DNA from: Chloroflexota bacterium
Lineage (GTDB): Bacteria; Chloroflexota; Anaerolineae; Anaerolineales; Villigracilaceae
NCBI GenBank assembly: GCA_016191955.1
Contig: JACPVC010000006.1
Span: 7,920-71,919, forward strand
Direction of reading: 5' to 3'
DNA: 64,000 nucleotides
Of the stretch, positions 1 to 9,129 are shown piece after piece. Both the position numbers and the translations under genes were made by a program. Position 1 is the stretch's first letter. Each line of letters starts with the position of its first letter. The notes under the pieces were generated by a model that was not told where the DNA came from, did no database searches, and was given only the letters and a program-made list of their open reading frames with translations.

Positions 1-189
1 GCCCTTGCCTTCTTCGGGAAACGGAGCGACTTGATCCGCAAAGATCGCCACCAGGAACACAAGCACGATGATGAGCGTGCTGATGAACGAAAGCGGATCG
101 CGCAAAATAACAGACAGCACATGCCGCGCTGTGCGTTGATTAGCTGACTCGACGGGCGGCGAGATAAATCTCGCGATGCTGGTTTTCAT
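1..189 (-). CDS. Peptide/nickel ABC transporter permease (DppC/OppC-like), 5' part only; runs off the window edge
   Basis: ATG at 189-187 overlaps the stop of the upstream permease (ATGA). Hand translation MKTSIARFISPPVESANQRTARHVLSVILRDPLSFISTLIIVLVFLVAIFADQVAP resembles the OppC N-terminal TM segment. Not in the ORF track because it is truncated. Confidence 0.8.
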   Translation of the reverse strand, partial: MKTSIARFISPPVESANQRTARHVLSVILRDPLSFISTLIIVLVFLVAIFADQVAPFPEEGKG

Positions 190-1208
190 CTCAGACTCAC
201 GCGCGGGTCAACCCAGGCTTGCAGCAGGTCAACGACGAGATTGATGAGGACGTAGCCCGTCGCGCCGAAAAGGGTCATGCCCATGATGGCGGGATAATCA
301 AGGTTGAGCAATGAGCGAACGGTGAAAAGTCCCAGCCCGGGCCAATTGAATAAAACTTCGACGAAGAAAGTGCCCGTCAATGCGAAGGCGAAGGTCAAAC
401 CAATGACGGTCAGAGTTGGACTGATGGCATTCTTCAAGGCGTAAAAATAGATGATGAAATATTGACGGATGCCATATGCCTTCGCCGTGCGGATGTAATC
501 CTGCTCCAACACTTCAAGCATGGCGGCGCGGGTCATGCGGGCGATCAAGCCAATGGGATACGCCGCCAAAGTGAGGGCGGGAAGGATCAGGTGTAGGAAA
601 GCATCCTTGAGTGTGACCCAGTTCGAGGTTAAGAGTGAATCGAGCAGGATGAAGTTGGTAATCTCCGTCAGCGGATTCGAAAATCGCAGGTCGCTATCTA
701 CTCGTCCTGCCAATGGAAGAATGTCCAGGTTTCTGAAAAAGACAATTTGAAAAATAAGTCCAAGAAAAAAAGCGGGCATCGAAACGCCCACGATGGAGAT
801 CACGCGCACTCCCCAGTCAAACGGCTTGCCCTGCCAGCGCGCGCTGAGAACCCCCAACGGTACGCCGAATAAGATTGCGATGAACATGCCTGAAAAAAGC
901 AACTCCATTGTGGCGGGGATGCGCCCCGCAAGTTCCTCGGTGATCGGGCGCTTGGTGGAAATGGAATTGCCCAGGTCGCCGCGCAAAAGTTCCTGCATGT
1001 AAACGGCATATTGAACGGGCAGTGGCTTATCGAGACCGAGCTGTTTGGTGACACGCTCAATATCCTCCTGCCTGGCTTTGGGTCCGATGTACAAAGCGGC
1101 CGGGTTGGATGGCACGACGCGCGCAATGAAGAACGTGATGATCGAGACACCGATCAAAACGAAAAGAGACGTGCCCAAACGGCGGAGGAGAAATTCGATT
1201 TTTTGCAT
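186..1208 (-). CDS. Peptide/nickel ABC transporter permease (DppB/OppB-like)
   Basis: Multiple TM segments; EAA-like loop RMTRAAMLEVLEQDYIRTAKAYG; C-terminal NLVVDLLQAWVDPRV. Confidence 0.93.
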   Translation of the reverse strand: MQKIEFLLRRLGTSLFVLIGVSIITFFIARVVPSNPAALYIGPKARQEDIERVTKQLGLDKPLPVQYAVYMQELLRGDLGNSISTKRPITEELAGRIPATMELLFSGMFIAILFGVPLGVLSARWQGKPFDWGVRVISIVGVSMPAFFLGLIFQIVFFRNLDILPLAGRVDSDLRFSNPLTEITNFILLDSLLTSNWVTLKDAFLHLILPALTLAAYPIGLIARMTRAAMLEVLEQDYIRTAKAYGIRQYFIIYFYALKNAISPTLTVIGLTFAFALTGTFFVEVLFNWPGLGLFTVRSLLNLDYPAIMGMTLFGATGYVLINLVVDLLQAWVDPRVSLR

Positions 1209-1222
1209 GAAGATGGCATTCC

Positions 1223-1364
1223 GTAGGGGCGACCCGTCAGGGATTTATGAAACCTTTTCTCATAAAGGAAGGGTCGCCCTTGTTGGCGGAAATGTATTGC
1301 TGAAATTGGGCGACCCTCCACTGGCGCAACAAAGTGATGTATTGAGTGGACGGGTCGCCCCTAC
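1223..1364. repeat. Nested REP-like palindromic element of the GTAGGGGCG family (two doublets)
   Basis: Perfect 16-bp terminal inverted repeat GTAGGGGCGACCCGTC (1223-1238) / GACGGGTCGCCCCTAC (1349-1364), plus an inner 10-bp pair AGGGTCGCCC (1270-1279) / GGGCGACCCT (1308-1317). Intergenic. Confidence 0.85.
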
Positions 1365-1378
1365 AATTTTATTATCCC

Positions 1379-3037
1379 TTAGTTCGCCGGGCGCAGGTTG
1401 TAGAACCAGTAGCGCACGTCGGGATAGTTCAGGTTGTACTGGAAGCCCGCAACTGTGTTCGGGACAACGAAAGCAACCATCGTGTCGAAGAGGAAGGCGG
1501 CAGGCGCCTGGTCCACGAGCAGGGTTTGCGCTTCGGTGTACTTGGCGGTGGAGGCAGCCAGGTCCGTGCCACTCAGCCCACCGGCTGCGTCCACGAGGGC
1601 GTTGTAGTCTGCGTTCATCCAGTAGGACAGGTTGAATTTGGTGGCGTTCAGGTTGCCGGGGTTTGCCGGGTTGCCATAGAACATGCTCCACATGTTATCC
1701 GCACCGGCATCCGAGTAGGTGGGCCAGTAGAGGAGGAGGAAGATGTCCTGCGCGTTAGCGGGGTCGGTCTTGGCAAGTTCCCATTGCTGGGTGAACTCAA
1801 GCGCTTCGATGGTAACGTCCACGCCGATCTGAGCGAAGGAGTCTTTGATCAACGGAGCGAAGGTCTCTTCGGTGGAGTTCTCAGAAGCATAGGTCAGTTT
1901 GAGGCTGAAACCGCCGCCTTCATGACCCGCTTCTGTGAGCAGCGCCTTGGCTTTTTCGATGTCGTAGGTGTATTGCGGAACATCTTCCGAGTACGGGAAC
2001 ACACCCGCAGGCACCGTACCGCGACTTTGCGTGCCGCGTCCGTTCGCGCCGATGGCTATGATGTCTTCGTAGGGAATCGCGTAAGACAGCGCCTGACGAA
2101 CCTTCACATCATCCAATGGCGCTTTCAAGGTGTTGAAGAAAGCCGTATAGTTGAACAGCGCGGGTTCGAGGGATGTGAAGTAGTCGGGGTTTGAAGCGAA
2201 GGAGTCGAACGCATCCGCAGGGACGCTAGTGACGAGGTCCACTTCACCGCTTTCCAGCAATTGCTGGCGGGTGGTGGCTTCCGGCACGATGGTGACCAGC
2301 ACCTTTTCGTATTGACCCGCTTCCCAACCGCCCCAATAATCTGCAAATTGGGTCAGGACAATTTCCTGGTCGGGCGTATAGGATTCGAGTGTATAAGGAC
2401 CCGTGCCCGCATCCACGCCTGAAGTCCAGAAGTTCTCATCAGTTGCAGCGGCATCCAATGCCTTGGGGCTGATGATGTAAGCGGCGTATTCCGAGCCGAG
2501 GATCAATTCCAACGGCTGAGCCCATGCAAGCGTAAATTTCACGGTCAGGTCATCCACCACTTCCACGCTTGAAAGCGGGAGCCAGATGAAGGACGCTCCA
2601 GCGCTTTCCTTGGCAAGCATGATCGATTTCACAACGGCATCCGCGTTCATCGTCTCGCCGTCGTGGAACTTCACACCGGGGCGCAGTTTGAACGTCCACA
2701 CCAAACCATCATCGCTCTTCGACCAGCTTTCAGCCAGCAGGGGCGAGAATTTCTCGGCGCTTCCGGGCGGGTTGACTCGCACCAGTTGCTCATACATGTT
2801 CGCCATGTAGGCAGCCTCGGTCGAGAAGGAAGCAATCGGATCCCAGGTTGTGATGTTCGCCGAGCTGGCGTACTTCAACACGATGGGTCCAGCCGCGGGG
2901 GCTTCGGTGGCTGCCGGGGCAGTGGCAGCTTCAGTTTCTGCGGGGGCTTGGGTTTCGGCAGGTGAGCCTCCGCCGCAGGCGCTCAACACCAACGAAAGCG
3001 CAACCAGCAAGGACAGGAACAAGGTTATTCGTTTCAT
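1379..3037 (-). CDS. ABC transporter substrate-binding lipoprotein, family 5 (peptide/nickel)
   Basis: Start reassigned to ATG 3037 (MKRITLFL, SD AGAGGAGA); lipobox LSAC; family-5 motifs WTFKLRPGVKFHDG, GTGPY, VRQALSYAI. Confidence 0.93.
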   Translation of the reverse strand: MKRITLFLSLLVALSLVLSACGGGSPAETQAPAETEAATAPAATEAPAAGPIVLKYASSANITTWDPIASFSTEAAYMANMYEQLVRVNPPGSAEKFSPLLAESWSKSDDGLVWTFKLRPGVKFHDGETMNADAVVKSIMLAKESAGASFIWLPLSSVEVVDDLTVKFTLAWAQPLELILGSEYAAYIISPKALDAAATDENFWTSGVDAGTGPYTLESYTPDQEIVLTQFADYWGGWEAGQYEKVLVTIVPEATTRQQLLESGEVDLVTSVPADAFDSFASNPDYFTSLEPALFNYTAFFNTLKAPLDDVKVRQALSYAIPYEDIIAIGANGRGTQSRGTVPAGVFPYSEDVPQYTYDIEKAKALLTEAGHEGGGFSLKLTYASENSTEETFAPLIKDSFAQIGVDVTIEALEFTQQWELAKTDPANAQDIFLLLYWPTYSDAGADNMWSMFYGNPANPGNLNATKFNLSYWMNADYNALVDAAGGLSGTDLAASTAKYTEAQTLLVDQAPAAFLFDTMVAFVVPNTVAGFQYNLNYPDVRYWFYNLRPAN

Positions 3038-3080
3038 TTCTTCTCCTCTATAGTCTTGGGTGATGCATGATGCTACCATG

Positions 3081-3109
3081 CCCAATTTGCAAAAAGTTTG
3101 CAAATTGGG
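3081..3109. promoter_or_regulatory. Candidate operator: perfect 13-bp inverted repeat in a divergent promoter region
   Basis: CCCAATTTGCAAA-AAG-TTTGCAAATTGGG; TTTGCAAA also repeats at an 11-bp period; TATAAT at 3122-3127 lies before the regulator gene. Confidence 0.55.
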
Positions 3110-3149
3110 ATTTCTGAAGGCTATAATTCCAGCAGTCCAACGTCCATCT

Positions 3150-6100
3150 ATGAAACCCTCCATCCTCCTCCGCACCAAATTCCTCGTCCCGCGCCCACGC
3201 CCCGAGTTTTTGCCACGCCCGCGCTTGATTCAATGGCTTGATTCCACAGCGGATAAACGCCTGACCTTGCTTTCCGCCCCGGCTGGATACGGCAAAACGA
3301 CCCTGCTTGCCGACTTTATCAACGCCTCTTCCCTACCCTTTGCCTGGTACACCCTCGACGCGCAAGACTCCGACCCGACAGTTTTTCTCACCTACTTGAT
3401 CGAATCCCTCAGGAGCATGAAACGCGCTCCCGAGTCTCTCACACGCGCCATCGGTCAGACCGCTCAATCCCTGCTCGACAGCGCCGAAGCGACCCTATCC
3501 CCCCAGCGCGTGTTGACCGTGCTGGTCAACGAACTCGCCGAACAGATCGAAGCTCCCTGGCTGATCGTGCTGGAAGATTATCATTACGTCACCAGCCCCG
3601 TCGTCCATCAACTGGTGGACTTCCTGCTCGAAAACACCCCCGAAAGTTTACGGCTCATCATCTCCACCCGCATGGACCCTCCGCTCGCGTTGGCTCGTCT
3701 GCGGGCACGCGGTCAACTGGCGGAACTGCGAGCTTCGTCCCTGCGCTTTCGCGAAGAAGAAGTATCGAATTGGATGCAAGCCAGCCTGCCCGATATATCC
3801 AGCGAGAACCTCAACTTGTTAAGCGAAAAGACTGAAGGCTGGGTGGCGGCGTTGCAAATTATCCGTTCGTCGTTGAGCGGCCGCGACGCGCAGGATGTCA
3901 ACGCCATGCTGGCGGGCTTGAGCGGTTCCCAGCAATTCGTCTTCGACTACCTGGCAGAAGAAGTCTTCAAACGCCTGCCCGACGACCTGCAAGGATTTTT
4001 GTTACGCACCTCCATCCTTAACCAAATGGACGCATCCGCTTGCAATGCGGTGGCGGGTGTGAAGAACGCCCAGTCTATTTTGGAAGAGTTGGAGAAGCAG
4101 AACCTGTTCCTCTCCAGTTTGGATTCACAGAGACGCTGGTATCGCTATCATTATCTTTTCCGCGAATTCCTCGTCAGCCGCCTCGGGCGCGTCGAAACGG
4201 AATCAGTTGTCGGCGTAGAAAGAAGCGCGGGCGCGTACTACGAGTCGCAAGGCGAGTTGGAAGCGGCGCTGTCCCATTATCTCAAAGCGCAAGATTTTGA
4301 CTCCGCCGCGCGAGTCATCTCCATCTTCGCCGCCGATTACGTCGAGCGCGGGCGCGTGGAAGTTTTGCACCGTTACCTGAGCGCCCTGCCCGCCGATGTG
4401 ATGAAAGCCAACCCCGAATTATTTTTGCAGCACGGCAACACCCATTGGCGGCTGGGGCAAACCGGCGCGGCAATTGCGGCATTCGAAGATGCGCGTTCAT
4501 CGTTTGCTGCGCAAAAAAATTCAAACGGGGTCTGCCGCGCTCTCACGCGCCTTGCCGAAGTCAACCGCGCGCAGGGCAACTACCGCCAGGCGGAGACGTT
4601 ATCCACCGAAGCGTTATCTTTTGCAGATGAAAACCACGCCGCCCGCGCCGAAGCCTTGATGTCGCTGGCGAAGAGTGTGGGTTTTCTGACAGGCATGGAT
4701 AAGGGACGTCAACTCGCGGAAGAAGCTGTGGATGAAGCGCGGCTGGCGGTGGCGCACATCAGCGCATTGGCGCGCGCGAACTTTTTGCAATCGCTTGGGC
4801 AAATCTGCTGGTGGCACGGCGACCCGCAAGCCACCGTGCGCTATTGTCAGGAAGCCCTGCAAATCGCGCCCGAAGAATTTTCACCCATCGGCGCGCAGGC
4901 ATATATTTCGTTAGTCACGCCGTACTTGTATTGGCGCGAGTTCGATAAGGCGCTGCAATATGCCGAGCGCGGATTGCAAATCGCGCAGACGCTACATTTA
5001 AAAGAATTACTCCCAAGCGCATACACGGCGTTGGGCAATGCGCTTACACGGTTGGGCGAAACGGCGCGCGCCGAAGCCAGTTTGCGTCAGGGCATGGAAA
5101 TCGGTCAACAGTTGGGCTTGGCTTCGTATGAGCAATTGATGGCAACGGGTTATCTCGCTTACAACCTGTGCGGACAGGGTCGCGTGGAAGAAGCCCGTCA
5201 ACTTGCGGAAGGCGCATTGTGGTCATACACCGGAAGCGCCGATACCTATGAAGCCTATGTTTGCCGAAGCGTGCTGGCAGACGTGGCGTTGGAAAACCGT
5301 CAGCTCGACAAAGCCGAACGGTTATTCGGTGAATTGATCGAAGTCGGTGAACGCCGGCAATTCCGCATTCCACTGGCGATGGTCTATTTTGGTCTGGCAT
5401 ACATCCACCTCGAAACCAAACGCGCCGAAAGCGGCTTGGACTATGCCCGCAAGGCGCTGCGTTTGATCGAAGCCTCGCGCACATTCCAACTCTTTCTCGA
5501 TCAGGGCGTGCGCTCGCAAGTGGTGAGCGAGGCCTTGATCCGCGCGGGGGAGAAGAGTCCCTTCCTTGAACGCGTCTTGGAAAATCTTCCCGAAAAGCCG
5601 GTTCAAGTTTCGTTGCAAGACCGGTATTCGATTCAGGTCCGATGCTTTGGGAATTTCCGCGTGCTGTTAAATGGAAATGAAGTTTCGCAGGAGCGCTGGG
5701 TCTCAGCCAAGGCGCGCGACCTGCTCGCATATTTCGTCACCATGCGTGGCGAGAAGATGCCAGCCGATAAAGCCTTCGATGCGATCTGGGGCGAAAAGGA
5801 ACGGACGAGCCGCACTGCCTTTCACACCGCTCTCTCCCGCCTCCGCAACGCGCTCAAGGCTGGGGACGACAGCCCAAGATTTATCCTCGTCGAAGTCGGC
5901 GAATACTGGCTGGACTCCGCCCGCTTCAGTATCGATGTGGATGAGTTCAACACTGCCATGGCAAAAGCACGCTCCGCGACAAATACCGAGTCTGCTGCAG
6001 AGTGGTACGAACAAGCCGTGTCGTTGGTTCAGGGCGAATATTTACAGAACTTGTATTACGAATGGGTTTTCCCCGAACGGCGCAGACTGGCGCAAACCTA

Positions 6101-6368
6101 CTTGAACGCTTTGCAGGAATTATCGGCGTATCACCTCTCCATTCAATCGCCCAGGCAGGCGGCTGCCTATGCCGAGAAGGCGATTGCGCTCGATGTTCTC
6201 AACGAGGAATTGTATTGTCTGTCCATGCGGTCATACGCGCAGGTCGGGGACCGCTCCAGCGTGGCAAGAATCTATGCTGAGTTACAGTCACACCTGCGGA
6301 CAGAGTTGAACGCCAAACCCATGCCCGAAACTGTTAAACTCTATGGTGAGTTGATGAGTGGGAAATAG
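3150..6368 (+). CDS. MalT-like STAND ATPase/TPR transcriptional regulator with C-terminal wHTH-BTAD (SARP-type) region
   Basis: Likely start MKPSILLRTK (3150); Walker A APAGYGKT, LEDYH, LIISTR, TEGWVAAL, WYRYHYLF; TPR-like middle; C-terminal VRCFGNFRV, FHTALSRLRNAL, IDVDEF, LNEELY, PMPET. Confidence 0.9.
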   Translation: MKPSILLRTKFLVPRPRPEFLPRPRLIQWLDSTADKRLTLLSAPAGYGKTTLLADFINASSLPFAWYTLDAQDSDPTVFLTYLIESLRSMKRAPESLTRAIGQTAQSLLDSAEATLSPQRVLTVLVNELAEQIEAPWLIVLEDYHYVTSPVVHQLVDFLLENTPESLRLIISTRMDPPLALARLRARGQLAELRASSLRFREEEVSNWMQASLPDISSENLNLLSEKTEGWVAALQIIRSSLSGRDAQDVNAMLAGLSGSQQFVFDYLAEEVFKRLPDDLQGFLLRTSILNQMDASACNAVAGVKNAQSILEELEKQNLFLSSLDSQRRWYRYHYLFREFLVSRLGRVETESVVGVERSAGAYYESQGELEAALSHYLKAQDFDSAARVISIFAADYVERGRVEVLHRYLSALPADVMKANPELFLQHGNTHWRLGQTGAAIAAFEDARSSFAAQKNSNGVCRALTRLAEVNRAQGNYRQAETLSTEALSFADENHAARAEALMSLAKSVGFLTGMDKGRQLAEEAVDEARLAVAHISALARANFLQSLGQICWWHGDPQATVRYCQEALQIAPEEFSPIGAQAYISLVTPYLYWREFDKALQYAERGLQIAQTLHLKELLPSAYTALGNALTRLGETARAEASLRQGMEIGQQLGLASYEQLMATGYLAYNLCGQGRVEEARQLAEGALWSYTGSADTYEAYVCRSVLADVALENRQLDKAERLFGELIEVGERRQFRIPLAMVYFGLAYIHLETKRAESGLDYARKALRLIEASRTFQLFLDQGVRSQVVSEALIRAGEKSPFLERVLENLPEKPVQVSLQDRYSIQVRCFGNFRVLLNGNEVSQERWVSAKARDLLAYFVTMRGEKMPADKAFDAIWGEKERTSRTAFHTALSRLRNALKAGDDSPRFILVEVGEYWLDSARFSIDVDEFNTAMAKARSATNTESAAEWYEQAVSLVQGEYLQNLYYEWVFPERRRLAQTYLNALQELSAYHLSIQSPRQAAAYAEKAIALDVLNEELYCLSMRSYAQVGDRSSVARIYAELQSHLRTELNAKPMPETVKLYGELMSGK

Positions 6369-6428
6369 ACAGACCATTTTCCTTCAATTCGGGGTTGGGA
6401 CCATCGCAGTTGGACTTTATAAATTATA

Positions 6429-6465
6429 CAGAAACAGGACAGGCGAATTGCCCATCCTGTTTCTG
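6429..6465. terminator. Probable bidirectional terminator hairpin between convergent genes
   Basis: 11-bp stem CAGAAACAGGA / TCCTGTTTCTG between the regulator stop (6368) and the kinase stop (6518). Confidence 0.5.
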
Positions 6466-6517
6466 AAATGCCTTTATTGCCATGTACTAATGAAGGTCAA
6501 TGGTTGAGGCAATTACA

Positions 6518-8074
6518 CTAGGGCAAATCCACGCAGTTTCCAGTGTTTAGCTGAACAGAATGATTCGAGTTGGCTACCAGTGCGCACATTTGGGTTGCAT
6601 TCGCCGGACGGGCGGCAAGGCTATATTGTGTGAAGGGTGGGTTGCCATAGGCGCCCCAAGTCAATTTCCAGGGACCTGATCCGGGAGAGCCTGCTTGTTC
6701 CGGTGGAACTGTGTTGAAAAATATATGCACATGCAATCCGTCGGTAAAATTGTGAACATCATAATCCACCGCGTAAAGATTTCCTTCAACTCTTATTGCG
6801 GTGATGACTACATAAGTACCTGAAGGAGTTGCCGTAGCCGGGATCAGTGTTTCGGTTGGAACTTCTGTCTCGAGCGGGGCTACGATCGCGAGTTGAGTAT
6901 TGGTTGCGATCACAACAGGTATTTCTGTTGGGGCAACATTTCCAAAGAGCTGATTTGCCACGAAAATAGCTCCTCCAGCAAGGCAAATTAATCCAATACC
7001 CGCTACGGCGATGATCGGCAGCATCAACGAATTTTTCCGCTTCGGAGCAGGCGCCGCTGGCGGGGTCGAGTACATCGAACTTGGCGCTGAATTTTCGATC
7101 ATCGTCCCGCGTGCAGGAACAATGGGTGTACTTTCCACATACGTCCCCGCATAGGGCTTTTCTATGGTTGTTCCGCGCGATGAATTCATTATGGTGGCAT
7201 CTTCCATCATGGTGGCTAGAGGCGAAGATGTACCAGCGGAAAGTGTGTTTCGTAGGGCGGCTGCCATTTGTGCAGCGGTCTGATAGCGATCGTTCGGGTC
7301 CTTTGCAAGCGCTTTTTGGATGACTGCGACCAAAGCATCGGGCACATCAGGATTAAGCTTTTTGGGATTCGGTACCGGATCGTTTATGTGCATCATCATC
7401 AGAGTCATGGCTGATTCAGCTTCAAAGGGCGGGCGGCCGCTGACCATTTCAAACAAGGTTACACCCAGGGAGTAAATATCTGTACGCCGGTCGGGTTGTT
7501 CTCCCTTGATCTGTTCGGGTGACATATACATTGCGGTTCCGACAACCGCCCCGGTTGCCGTATGACGCGTGCCACCGACGATCTTGGCAATCCCAAAATC
7601 CATCAAAATTACCTGACCTGTGGTGGTAAGCATCAGGTTGGCTGGTTTAATATCACGGTGGATCATTCCACGTTGGTGGGCGTAATCAACTGCATCGCAA
7701 ATACCAGCCATATATTCAGCGGCTTTTATGGGGGAGAGCTTTCTCCCGCCATCGTTGAGTCTTTTCAGATGATCCTGAATGGTTTCCCCTGGCACAAATT
7801 CCAAAATCATATAATAAAGGTCATCATCCCGATTGAAATCATAGACTTGAATGATCCCAGGGTGGCGCAATTGTGCCACTGCCGCAGCTTCCTCTTCGAA
7901 GCGCTGGACGAAATCAGGGTTGCTCGATAAATGGGAGTGGATGACCTTAATAGCCACAACTCGCTTCAGATTGGGATCATTGCCCTTATAGACTGCCGAC
8001 ATCCCTCCCTGACCCAACATTTCTTCGATAACATAGCGTTTGCTGATGGTCTTTCCAAATAAGTTGTTAGCCAT
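6518..8074 (-). CDS. Membrane-anchored Hanks-type Ser/Thr protein kinase with small extracytoplasmic C-terminal domain
   Basis: LGQGGMSAVYK, VAIKVI, HRDIKPAN, DFG, MSPEQ; Pro/Thr linker; TM LMLPIIAVAGIGLICLAGGAIFVA; C-terminal domain with two Cys. Confidence 0.95.
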   Translation of the reverse strand: MANNLFGKTISKRYVIEEMLGQGGMSAVYKGNDPNLKRVVAIKVIHSHLSSNPDFVQRFEEEAAAVAQLRHPGIIQVYDFNRDDDLYYMILEFVPGETIQDHLKRLNDGGRKLSPIKAAEYMAGICDAVDYAHQRGMIHRDIKPANLMLTTTGQVILMDFGIAKIVGGTRHTATGAVVGTAMYMSPEQIKGEQPDRRTDIYSLGVTLFEMVSGRPPFEAESAMTLMMMHINDPVPNPKKLNPDVPDALVAVIQKALAKDPNDRYQTAAQMAAALRNTLSAGTSSPLATMMEDATIMNSSRGTTIEKPYAGTYVESTPIVPARGTMIENSAPSSMYSTPPAAPAPKRKNSLMLPIIAVAGIGLICLAGGAIFVANQLFGNVAPTEIPVVIATNTQLAIVAPLETEVPTETLIPATATPSGTYVVITAIRVEGNLYAVDYDVHNFTDGLHVHIFFNTVPPEQAGSPGSGPWKLTWGAYGNPPFTQYSLAARPANATQMCALVANSNHSVQLNTGNCVDLP

Positions 8075-8166
8075 TGCTTCTCCTAGAAGGTAAAAACATC
8101 GATACTCTTAAATGCCATTAATAATACTGAAATAAAACGATCAACTTCATATCCGACTTAGATCAC

Positions 8167-9123
8167 CTATGGCGAATCTATTAAGAAGAGCCACGTGTTA
8201 TCGAACTTGCAATTCGTAGTACGTCCCGATTCGCTTAACGCCACCATCGCCATAAAGCCCCGCTCGAAGACTGTTTCTGCTGAATTATAGGCTCTTTGAC
8301 GCGCGGCATAATCTGCCTGAATTTGTTCGATAATAGCCTGGTGCTCAATTTTCTGTTGTTCATAAATTGCCATCGCCTGCGGATCTGACTGATTGGCAGG
8401 TTTATCCGGTTCGGGCGGGAGATTGGGTTGGGGTGGGGGAGCGCTTGGGTCAACTTCTCCGATTAAGGTATCGTTGGTATATACCCAAAAATGATTCCCA
8501 CGCCCTACGATTGTCAGGCGATTGGTTGTGTCGTTTTCCCATCTGAAAGTTTTGTCTTTGTAGCGTGCATACATATCCCGACCGGTTACCACCTCGCCAT
8601 CTGACATGGTGGCAAAAAGGAAATGCCCACTTGCCACACGAGTAATAATCGCCACATATTGATCCAAGGCATTTTCGTTCCCATCAGACCGCAGAACAAA
8701 CCCACACCCTGAAGTGCTGCCAACCGTATTCCATGTAATATCCGAAGAGATGACAAAGTCTTGCGCCAGGGTCCCGATAAAATTATTGACATATTCAAAG
8801 TGGTGATAACCGGACGCATCCAGAGATACCGGCTGATGCACCCAGGCCATATTTCCCTCAGACGGATCGACCCCGTACTTGGGCAGTTCTGCCAGGATCG
8901 GAGCAAAGGCGGCCGCTGTGGCTGTTAGCGATTCAGAACTAGCGTCTCCTGCCGGCTGCGTGGGTTGTGACCCTTGCACTGCAGAGGCGGTACCGGTCCC
9001 GCGCACCTGAGCGCTAATCGCATCGAGAGTGGCTTGCTTCTCAGGACTGTTGCCGCCCACACCGCAGGCTAACGTGGTCAAAATTAACGCCAATAAGAGT
9101 AGTACAGGTCGAGATTTTTTCAT
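8167..9123 (-). CDS. Lipoprotein of unknown function (beta-rich domain interrupted by a Pro-rich/coiled-coil insert)
   Basis: Lipobox LTTLAC; co-oriented and closely spaced between the FHA-ABC gene and the kinase. Confidence 0.75.
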   Translation of the reverse strand: MKKSRPVLLLLALILTTLACGVGGNSPEKQATLDAISAQVRGTGTASAVQGSQPTQPAGDASSESLTATAAAFAPILAELPKYGVDPSEGNMAWVHQPVSLDASGYHHFEYVNNFIGTLAQDFVISSDITWNTVGSTSGCGFVLRSDGNENALDQYVAIITRVASGHFLFATMSDGEVVTGRDMYARYKDKTFRWENDTTNRLTIVGRGNHFWVYTNDTLIGEVDPSAPPPQPNLPPEPDKPANQSDPQAMAIYEQQKIEHQAIIEQIQADYAARQRAYNSAETVFERGFMAMVALSESGRTTNCKFDNTWLFLIDSP

Positions 9124-9129
9124 TAGATC

